From the NCBI GenBank assembly GCA_002104945.1, contig MCFH01000002.1, positions 620,001 through 684,000 on the forward strand: 64,000 nt of DNA, read 5' to 3'. Below are positions 15,749 to 25,363 of the stretch, piece by piece (within the stretch, counting starts at the first letter, position 1; each line of letters begins with the position of its first letter). The notes beneath the pieces are model-generated. The model was given only the letters and a program-made list of their open reading frames with translations, ran no database searches and was not told the DNA's origin. The DNA is from Piromyces finnis finn. Its lineage: Eukaryota; Fungi; Neocallimastigomycota. A program made the position numbers and the translations under genes.

Positions 15749-16640
15749 AGAGAGAGAAAGAGTGTGTAGCAAATTAATAAGATAATTGCCGTCTCATTAT
15801 TTTATAGAATAATTGAATACTGATGTTGATGATATCTATTTTTTATAAGAATAGCTTTAATACATTATGTTTTTCTATTGTTTAAATCCATCTTTTTGAA
15901 TATTAGCAAAAAGTAATATCAAAGAAAAAAAATATAATTCTGATAAATTAAATTTTGGTCCAAGATATTCAAAAGATTTATAAATAAAAGAATTTCAAAT
16001 GAAATAAAGTATTTAAAAAAGTGAGTTATTTGAATTTTTTTTTAAAAAAAAAAAAAAAAAAAAAACTTTATTTTTAAAAGAATAGACTAAATATCTAATT
16101 GAAAAGAGTTTCATTTTCATTAAAATAAATTAAAATTAAAATAAATGTATAATTTCGCCTGTAGGAATTTCAATATCTTTAAAAATTTATATATATTTAT
16201 ATACATATAATATACTTCTCAAAGAAATAACTGAAATAGGAAATATAAATGATATCCTTATGAATAAACAATTCTTTATTACCATTCTGAAATTTAAATA
16301 AAATTCCAAATATTTAATGAAAATTAATTTTTCCAGTTACCCTAATTTATATTATAAAATACCTGAGTTAATTATTTTAATTCATTGATCACCATTTTTT
16401 ACATTTAATATATTTAAATCCAAATAATATATGTTTACAAGAAAAAAATCGAACTTTCTAATAAAAAATAAAGGTCTATGTGATATTGAATTATATCATC
16501 AATAATTAGTTGATATCTTATATTTTTGTCAAGAACTATCTAGATGAAAATTTTCAATTATATTTTATTTATAAGTGTGAACTACCACCAGAAGTTTTTT
16601 TTTATTTCTCTATTTATTTAGCAATAAAAAAGTACTAATA
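15430..16640 (+). pseudogene. Possible decayed coding relic of unknown origin
   Basis: Stretches read like protein with scattered stops and frameshifts, e.g. ILLKEITEIGNINDILMNKQFFITILKFK*NSKYLMKINFSSYPNLYYKIPEL and YKCELPPEVFFYFSIY. No family is recognised, and strand and limits are uncertain. Confidence 0.2.
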
Positions 16641-16682
16641 TCTTAAAAAAAGGTTTCAAGTTTTAATATATTATGAAGTTTT

Positions 16683-16722
<40 letters not shown>

Positions 16723-18410
16723 CATTAAAAAATTTACAAAAAGTGATTAAAAAAACTTTAATTTTTTTTTGTCCTATATGTTATTGATTTTAAAAGACTA
16801 TAACATCTTTTATTTTTATTATTTTTATTCTTATAATAATATTGAAAGGCATTTAAACTTTAAAAAAATATCTTTTAACAATCACTTTTATAATGTTCTA
16901 TTACTGCTCAAATATTAATTATAGATATAGAGCCTAATCTACCATCTAATACATACACTACATGGCAAACAAAAAATAAATAAAAAAAAATATAATTGTA
17001 TAAAAAAATATTAATTAAATTTATTATTATTATTATTAAATGTAATGTTGTATAATTAAAATATCATATAAATTATATATATATAGGGAATCACTTTTAT
17101 TTATAAAAAAAAAAATAATAGTGAACAAATATTTCTTTCTTTCCTTTTTAATCTAACCTTCTTTAATTATTTTATTTATAATTTGTATAATTAAAAACTC
17201 ATCCTTTAAAATTTTTATTCCACCAAGAAATTAGGCTGGAGGACAATTCTTTAAATATAGGTTGAAAAATATATATACTTTTTTTTTTCAAATATCCATT
17301 TAATAATGCTACTTACCTAACCTTTTAAACATTATGAAATGTATGATCCATCTTTGTTTATATATAAATAACACTTTTTGATATATATATATTATTACGA
17401 ATAAAGCTACTTTTTTTTTTTTTTTTTTAAAAGAACAGTATTTTAATCAATAACTTTGATTTTTTTTTAAATATTACCTTTTTGAATAAAGATTAAAAAA
17501 AAAAAGTTTTTATAATTAAAAACCTTAAGTATTGTTGCTAAATTAATTTAATAAATGTTATCTATCTATATTTTTTTTTTTATGATGAAACATAAATGAA
17601 TCATTAAAACTAAAGAAAAAAAATAATAAGAAAACTTATACATAACAAAGTATAATTTATTTTAGTTTAAATTTATATTTAGTAATTTGTAAGAAATAAA
17701 TAATTATGTGATAGTAAATAAAAAAAAAAGAACAATCCTATTCATTTTTTATATAAATCAAAATGAGAAGCAAGCTAGCCATTCTAAATATTTATAGTTA
17801 TTTATATTTCCATATTTTTAAAAATAATAAGCCTATAAAAACTTAAAAAAAATAAGTTTAAAAATTATTATTCCTATCAATATGTATATATAATATATAT
17901 ATTGTATAACAATTTTTATAATAAATAATAAAATAATTATTTTTTATCTTTTTGACATCATCATTATTATCATTATGTTATTCTTATCCTTTTACCTATT
18001 AATTCGTAGTATTATTGATTTATCCTTTTATAATTTTAAAGGGAAATTTTTATTTTCCTTAATAGAATTTTCCTTATGCTTAACTACTGTTATCTAGGAA
18101 AATTCAGTAAAGATTTCTATGAACCAAGATGAAAGTCATTTTTAATATAACAAAAATACTTCTTGTTTCATCATTTTTTTTTATGTACCATTAATTTTGA
18201 TCCTATGATCAAATACCATTTTTATTAGTTCCCATTAAATTTAAGAAGAAATAAAATTTCTATTTCATATATTTTGTGGAATGTCCTTAAAACAAACAAT
18301 ATGAAAATAGTAAAATCGTCGTCATCATCATTATTACTATTATTATTAATAATAGGTTAATAATAGAACTTTTATTTCTTATTTCTAATTACTAAAATAA
18401 AGTGAACATC

Positions 18411-18829
18411 TGATATAAAAATAATATGTGACTTGAACATATTATTATATTAGTAATTTTTCCTAATATTAAATTTATATAGATTTATTATAATATTAAT
18501 TATTTCTACAATGTATAAGAATATAATGTAAATGTACGACAAATGTAATATTTTGTAATGTAAAAGAGTATTGTAAATGAATGATCCATATAGTTCCAGC
18601 CTTATAATTGGACAATTAATTATTAAGTAAGCCTCATTAGTATAAATAGACTAGAATAAATATTATTAAAAAGGGCTTCTTGTTTTAGTTAGAATTTTAA
18701 TATTTGACAACGACAGAACGTTTTAGTATTTAGACAGAATAGAAATATTGGAACGTTATAAATAAAATTATTAATAAAATATATATTAATTAAAGTTTAA
18801 TTCTTTCTACATAAAATTAACCCGTATCA
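18411..18829 (+). repeat. 5' LTR (419 bp)
   Basis: Begins TGATATAAAA and ends CCCGTATCA. I found no difference from 24945-25363 by eye. It contains TATAAATA at 18641 and AATAAA at 18655 and 18761. Confidence 0.97.
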
Positions 18830-18832
18830 ACT

Positions 18833-18850
18833 TGGTGGAGATATCGGGGA
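18833..18850 (+). promoter_or_regulatory. Primer-binding site, tRNA-Ala type (TGGTGGAGATATCGGGGA)
   Basis: It starts 3 nt after the LTR end. Its reverse complement TCCCCGATATCTCCACCA ends in CCA and resembles eukaryotic tRNA-Ala 3' ends (...CCCCGGCATCTCCA-CCA). Confidence 0.8.
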
Positions 18851-19270
18851 TAGAAAGAATAGTGTTTTTTTTTTTTTTTCGATTTTTAAAACAAGTTTTA
18901 TTGTTATTTTCCTCCTTTACTACTTAGAAGTAGAAAAGGATATAAAAAGTTGTTATTCTTTTAATAATATAATATAATTAAGTAGTTTATACTAGACAGC
19001 TACAACGCTTGCGTATAAATTATTAAAGTTTAGTATATTTACTCCAGTTATTTATTGAGGTTATTTAAGAGTTGGTAACTACCATATCAGTTCTTAAATA
19101 TTCATTAGGAGAGTAGAGCGCTTCCGGCAGCTATTAAAGAAATATCACCATTCTAACCCACTGTTAGAATAAAGTATTTATTAGTGAGGGCCCGAAGTGG
19201 AGGTCGAAAACTAAACTTGATAAATAAAATATATTAAATAATTAGTTTGTTATATTATTTTCAGTTAAAT

Positions 19271-19311
<41 letters not shown>

Positions 19312-19359
19312 TGTTTACTCATTAATACCTAACCCTTTAAATTTCAGTAAATTTTTGCT

Positions 19360-20307
19360 ATGGCTAATAGATCTTCGTATTATAGACTTCCTATCTTGGA
19401 CAAAACCCATTGCAACGAAGATGTGTGGAAACGTCAGATGGAAGCATGGTTTTCTAGAGAAGGCATTGTTGATGAGAATGAAAAGTTCGATACCATTGTC
19501 GGTTGTATCGATTTCCCAGAAATTGTTGATGAACTAATTAGGTTTGAACGCATGTGGAACAGGCCACCCTCTTTGGATGAATGTATGCCATCAATTAGGA
19601 ATAGGTTAGCCTATTGGAACAACAAACAGGATGGTTTTCGCCGATTAAAGATTATGGTTATTCGTCCTGGAGAAACAGTGGATGAATTCAATAATAGGTT
19701 TTTGGACCTTTACCATTCTTTGGATGCGGAATATCGCCCCAGAGTTTCTGTGTACGACTATATGCATGCTATCCGTAGTCGTCCAGAATTACAACATGCC
19801 CTCACCATTCGCGAGCCCGCAACTATTGATGAGGCTTGCCAAACTGCAAAGAACCACGAATACTGGAAAGAATACGCCTCTTATTCCAGTAGCTTTACTC
19901 CTGGTTATAATCCTCATGGTGCTTATACACCACAGTATCGTCCGATGGATAGTCATTACTCCAATCCTAACCCTTATTCTTATGGATATTCCAATAATTC
20001 CAGTTACAATTATCCTTCAACACCGGTTGCTCCTGTCCAAGCTCCTGGACCTAGTTACTCAGATCCTTATTTCAACAACAGGCCTCCTGCACCAATGGGT
20101 GATGGTTATGCCACTTATCATCAATCTGAATATTACACTCCTTATCCTGCTTATAATCCTCCAAATCAGTATCAAAACAGGTATAATTCATCTTACACTC
20201 AGCCTAGGAATACCCCTCATGCGTCTGGTAACTTTTCCCAAAAAGTGTGTTATCGCTGCCATCAACCAGGACACCTCCAAAAAGACTGTGGTCGTTTAAA
20301 TCACTAA
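19360..20307 (+). CDS. gag: Gag (315 aa): capsid-like region, Tyr/Pro/Ser/Asn-rich low-complexity region, CCHC zinc knuckle
   Basis: First long ORF after the leader. C-terminal CYRCHQPGHLQKDC fits CX2CX4HX4C. GETVDEFNNRF resembles the retrotransposon Gag Q..GE.V.EF..RF motif. Confidence 0.93.
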   Translation: MANRSSYYRLPILDKTHCNEDVWKRQMEAWFSREGIVDENEKFDTIVGCIDFPEIVDELIRFERMWNRPPSLDECMPSIRNRLAYWNNKQDGFRRLKIMVIRPGETVDEFNNRFLDLYHSLDAEYRPRVSVYDYMHAIRSRPELQHALTIREPATIDEACQTAKNHEYWKEYASYSSSFTPGYNPHGAYTPQYRPMDSHYSNPNPYSYGYSNNSSYNYPSTPVAPVQAPGPSYSDPYFNNRPPAPMGDGYATYHQSEYYTPYPAYNPPNQYQNRYNSSYTQPRNTPHASGNFSQKVCYRCHQPGHLQKDCGRLNH

Positions 20308-20343
20308 ATGGAGGTCGATCCACCTCCAGTAACCAAATGGGTC
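20295..20343 (+). promoter_or_regulatory. Predicted -1 ribosomal frameshift signal: slippery heptamer plus H-type pseudoknot
   Basis: T TTA AAT (20295-20301) is in gag phase (X XXY YYZ). It is followed by a 7-nt spacer, stem 1 TGGAGGT(20309-15):ACCTCCA(20322-28), and stem 2 GATCC(20317-21):GGGTC(20339-43). Pol is in the -1 frame. Confidence 0.8.
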
Positions 20344-23300
20344 ACTCACCATCGGAATCTACGGTCAAAAAGGATATAATTGCTGTAGCTAAAAGGAAAT
20401 TAGACCCTACAGATGAGGAGGAATCAGCTCAAACGAAGAGACGCAACTCGCTCACCTCCTCGAATTCTGATACTACTACTCCTCCTACATCTCCGGTGAG
20501 CTCACAACCATCTCAGGCACACCCCCAGGTGAATCTTCCCTCTTCAAAAAATTTTCAGAAAAATAACCACAATGGTACAGCGGGCACTGTCTCGAACCCC
20601 CAGTCCCCAGGTCATGCGTTCGAATCCCCCTCGTTCCCAAACGTAAGTAGTGTTGAAATGGATTTTGAACAAACTCAGGCACCTCCAGATGTCCGTAAGT
20701 CCGAGAGCCATGTTAAATCTGTATCTTTTAAAAATGTTTCCAAGCCGAAAAGTGAAAAGAAAAGTAAAAGTCCTATTACTTCCTCTCCTAATATCGGAAG
20801 CGCACTTGTACAGCCCTTAGGCCCAAAAGAGAAAACTATACAAGTCATGAAGTTATCTCAAGGGACAAATAGATATGATATCTGCGAAGACTTGAAAAAT
20901 ACTAAGGCTAATGTGACTTTCGCCCAACTCTTGGAATTATCCAACCAATCTCGTATGGATCTTGCCAACAACTTAAAGAAGGAACGTGTTCCCTCTAGCT
21001 CTATTGTCATGGGTATGGTCGAACAGGATAATAAGCCGCTGGAACTACAAGTCGTTAATAATCCTCATCACGACTATGTGTCGGGTGCCGTAAAAGACCA
21101 CGACATTGCCGTAGTTCATGCCTTACTGAATGGACATAAGGCTTTTCTTTTAGTTGATTCCTGCAGTAATATTAACTTGGTTTCGAGGAAATTCTTGTTA
21201 GATAATATAAACGATTTCAAAATTGAAGGCCAAGTATACAGCAAAATTCAACAGGCTATGGCTGATGATAACCTTCGTACCTTTGATTTGGTTGAACTCA
21301 ACGTGTGTATTGGTTCTCTTACCTTTCCGGTCCTATTCCGCATTTGCGATAATGACGACGTATTTTATGATGCTCTGATTGGTTTGAAAGTTCAACATGA
21401 TCAACGGATTATTGTTGATGCAGTCGATAAAACTGTTTGTGTTAAGACACGTCAAGGTACTCTGGAACCTCTCACTCCTATTATTGATATTAATTCTTTT
21501 AACCCTTTGTGCTATTACTGTTACTTATTTCCCTCTTCTGATAGGAAACCAATTGTAGCTGCTCTCAAGAACGAGCCTATTCTTAATAAGGAGGATTTAA
21601 TTCTAGGTAAAGTTGAGGAATTACATAATCTTATTCCTTCATATAAGTCTGAAGAACCGATTGTTGTAGATGATTTTCAAAGTCTTTTATTTTCTTTTCG
21701 TGATGTTATTGCTTGTTCCACTGATGATCTCCAACGTTCAAAACTCCGGTCACACCACATTGAACTTGTTGAGGGCGCTAAACCCATTAAAGCTAAAGTT
21801 CGGAAGTTGTCACAAGTTCAACTAGCTGCTCTTAAGGGTGAACTTCAAAAACTACTGGATAAAGGCCTTATTGTTCCATCCCATTCCCCTTGGGCTTCTC
21901 CCATTGTAATGGTTCCTAAGAAGCACAATAAATGGCGTCTTTGTGCAGATTATAGAAAAGTCAATAATATTACTGTAAAGGATGCTTACTCTATTCCCAA
22001 CATTAGAGAAGCTTTTGAATCCATGACTGGTGCAAGATTTTTCACGGCCTTAGATCTATTCAGTGGATACCACCAAATTCCTATGCGACCAGAAGACCAA
22101 TGTATTACAGCTATTACCACGCGTTTTGGAAATTTTGATTACGTAGTCATGCCTTTTGGTTTAACAAACGCGCCGGCGACCTTTCAAAGAGAGATGAATC
22201 GTATCTTCTTTGACCTCCTCAATGTTTGTATTCAAGTATACCTTGATGACATAATTATTTATTCTCCTTCTTACTCACAACATCTTCGTGATATCAAAAA
22301 GGTTTTCCAGATCCTTCGCGATAATGGTTTAAAGATCAACATTGAGAAGTGTCACTTCTGTTTACAGGAAGTTGAAGTGTTGGGTCATGTTGTTTCTATT
22401 AATGGTCTTCTTCCTATTAAATCTAAGGTCGATAATATACTCAAACTAGATCCTCCTAAATCTGTTACTGAACTTCGTTCTTTTCTTGGAATGGTTGGTT
22501 ATTATAGGGAATTTATTGATCACTTTGCTTCTATTACTGCCCCCTTAAATAAACTCCTTAGAAAAGACGCCAAGTTTATTTGGGATTCTGAGTGTAATTC
22601 GTCGTTCGTTGCTGCTAAAGAATATTTGGCCTCTTCCCCTATTCTGTGTTTTCCTCGTTATGATATTCCTTTCATTATCCGCTCGGACGCCAGTTTCAGT
22701 GGTATTGGCGGCGTATTATTGCAACTTTTGGAGGACGGGGTAGAGCATCCTATAAAGTATGCTAGTCGTGCACTAAAGAAAGCTGAATTAAACTACCCTA
22801 TTACTGAACTGGAAGGTACCGCTGCTCATTATTGCCTGATGGAATTTCGTCATTATGTCCTAGGAAATCCGTACAAAACTATTTTATATACGGACCACCT
22901 TCCGCTAGTTGCTATCATTAATAAAAATGAACCTCAAACTTCAAAACACGCTCGCTGGGTTAATGACTTTAGCCAAAACATGGTAGAAGTAAGATATCAA
23001 CCTGGAAAAGCGAATATTTTAGCTGACGCATTATCCCGGATGTCATTAAAAGAGGATAACAGTCAGGAAGCGAACGCAAATGCAATAGTTAGTACACTAA
23101 ATGATACCAACCTTGAGTCAGAAAATAATGAAAGCGAAAGTGATGAAGAAGAATCTTTATTAGCTCGGAAACAGAGAAAACAAGTTGTAGAAGAACCTAC
23201 TAAGATGCCTGAATTAATGTCAGAAGAAGAAAACGAGGAAAATGATAAATATATCTCAGAGGTTATGAAAAACTTTCTAAAAGAAAGAGTAATAAGAATA

Positions 23301-24416
23301 AATAATCTGTTATATTTCAGGGATAACGATAACTTAAGAAAGATTGTTGACGAACCCTTGGAAAAGATCCAGGTCATCGCGAAAAACCATAAAATCGCAC
23401 ATGAAGGACTGCAGAAAACTTACCAAAGGATCAAGGATAAGTATTATTGGAAGAACATGGTTTTAGATATAAAAACCTATATTTCTACGTGTAAAATCTG
23501 TCAGTTACGGAAGTCCCAACCTCTACCTGAAAGAACCGAGAGATTTGCATCACCAGTCGAAGCACCGTTTGTCAGAATAGCCGTGGACATAATAGGCCCG
23601 TTAAAGACTACTGTGCAAGATAACAAATATATTATTGTAGCTGTGGACTATTTTACAAAATGGCCTGAGGCGAAGGCGTTGTCAACGACCACCTCAGAAG
23701 ATGTAGCGGAATTCCTAACCGAAGTATTTAGTCGCCACGGAGTCCCACAATTGGTCTTAATGGATAATGGTGTACAATTTACTTCCGACTATACAAAAAT
23801 ATTTTTAGATTTATATGATACTTATGTACACTTCGTATCCACCTATCACCCAGAGTCGAATGGTCTAGTGGAAAATAAGAATCGGGAAATTGGGAAACAG
23901 CTACGATTCTTAGTAGAGAACAATGAAGACTGGGACAAATACTTACCAGTAGCTCTATGGGCGTTAAGGACCAGTATATCTACTACAACTGGATTCTCTA
24001 GTTTTGAACTTGTATATGGAAGAAAGGATGCACGCCCAATAGATTTAGTGCTAATGGAAACATATCAAGAAACTTTAGGAAGATCCACAGAAGAAATTAT
24101 AATGGAAAGGTTCGTGGATCACGCTAAATGGATAAGGAAGGCGGCTTCAAAAATGCTAGGTACTCTAAAGTATTGGGAAGCTAGAAGACAAAGTAAAATA
24201 AGCATGGATCATAAGGAAGAATACAAAATAGGCGATCTAGTCAAATTAAGGAATTTCAACAGAACAAAATTGGACCCATATTTTAAAGGACCTTATCAAA
24301 TCTTAGATATCGCCTGGAATACAGTCAAGCTCAAGGACTACAATACGGGACAAGAACTAACCAGGTATACACATATGAAGAATATCCTCCCTTATAAAGA
24401 AAATATTTCGTTATGA
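20296..24416 (+). CDS. pol: Pol (aspartic protease, RT, RNase H, integrase), probably expressed as Gag-Pol by -1 frameshift. The ORF-track ATG at 20247 is unlikely to be the real start.
   Basis: PR: FLLVDSCSNINLVS...DALIG. RT: SPWASPIVMVPKK..WRLCADYRKVN, LDLFSGYHQI, MPFGLTNAPATFQ, VYLDDIII. RNase H: SDASFSGIGGVL, ELEG, TDHLPL, ADALSR. IN: H..AH..CKIC, VDIIGP, DNGVQF, ESNGLVENKN, and a GPY/F motif (KGPYQI). No stops or frameshifts. Confidence 0.97.
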
Positions 24417-24487
24417 GAGACGACACTTTATTTAAAATTTATTATATTTTACAAATTAGATATGTTAAACATATATATATATATATA

Positions 24488-24526
<39 letters not shown>

Positions 24527-24930
24527 ATTAATTTGAAATTTCGAAATTGAAATTGAAAAAGTCAAAAAGGGATTTCGAATTTCGAAAAGTCGATTAACTC
24601 CTGTTCGACCTTGCTAAACCTCGAGTAGCCTACCATAGATTATTAAGAATAATAATAAATAATAATTATAATAATAGTAAATAATAATAATAATAACAAT
24701 AATAATTAGTTTAATTAGTAATTAGTATATATAAATAATCATAATAATAATTAAAAAAAAAAAAAAAAAAAAAAAAATTTTTATTAGTATTTTTTTTCAA
24801 TTTTTTTTTCAATTTTTTTTTCAATTTTTTTTAATTTTAGAAATTTAGTTTTATAACCAGAAAAATTAATATTATAACCAGATACGCTCAGTAAAAATTT
24901 TGTATCTTAAATTATACTTCGCTCTCCTAT

Positions 24931-24940
24931 AGCGAGGGGA
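24931..24940 (+). promoter_or_regulatory. Polypurine tract (AGCGAGGGGA) upstream of the 3' LTR
   Basis: The only purine/G-rich run next to the 3' LTR, separated from its TG by TTTT. Confidence 0.7.
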
Positions 24941-24944
24941 TTTT

Positions 24945-25363
24945 TGATATAAAAATAATATGTGACTTGAACATATTATTATATTAGTAATTTTTCCTAA
25001 TATTAAATTTATATAGATTTATTATAATATTAATTATTTCTACAATGTATAAGAATATAATGTAAATGTACGACAAATGTAATATTTTGTAATGTAAAAG
25101 AGTATTGTAAATGAATGATCCATATAGTTCCAGCCTTATAATTGGACAATTAATTATTAAGTAAGCCTCATTAGTATAAATAGACTAGAATAAATATTAT
25201 TAAAAAGGGCTTCTTGTTTTAGTTAGAATTTTAATATTTGACAACGACAGAACGTTTTAGTATTTAGACAGAATAGAAATATTGGAACGTTATAAATAAA
25301 ATTATTAATAAAATATATATTAATTAAAGTTTAATTCTTTCTACATAAAATTAACCCGTATCA
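24945..25363 (+). repeat. 3' LTR (419 bp)
   Basis: Same sequence as 18411-18829, followed directly by the TSD CATC. Confidence 0.97.

Larger units (their letters stand above)
18411..25363 (+). mobile_element. Full-length Ty3/Gypsy LTR retrotransposon (6953 bp), no chromodomain and no env
   Basis: Two 419-bp LTRs with TGATA...TATCA ends, flanked by a 4-bp CATC TSD (18407-18410 and 25364-25367). PBS, PPT, gag with a CCHC knuckle, and an uninterrupted pol in the order PR-RT-RNaseH-IN. Confidence 0.98.

Noticed and set aside
16380-16600. Relics read with TGA=Trp (code 4, e.g. Mollicute-derived DNA), also near 30910 and 31800
   Set aside because: The same frames contain TAA/TAG, and other frames or strands read equally protein-like. 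AT-biased decay of TGG explains the TGA codons.
20247-20295. ATG at 20247 as the pol start
   Set aside because: It lies inside the gag knuckle codons. The in-phase slippery site and pseudoknot explain pol expression better.
19682-20299. 205-aa ORF overlapping gag in the +1 frame
   Set aside because: It is explained by gag composition. The Tyr/Pro/Ser/Asn-rich region with T-ending codons rarely creates +1-frame stops, and the product has no recognisable motif.
20560-20645. A functional tRNA gene inside pol
   Set aside because: The T-stem (ATGCG/CCCCC), D-stem and acceptor stem do not pair. It is kept only as a B-box-like curiosity.
24300-24944. Chromodomain or env-like ORF at the 3' end of the element
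   Set aside because: Pol stops shortly after the GPY/F motif, and the remaining ~530 bp is low-complexity non-coding sequence.
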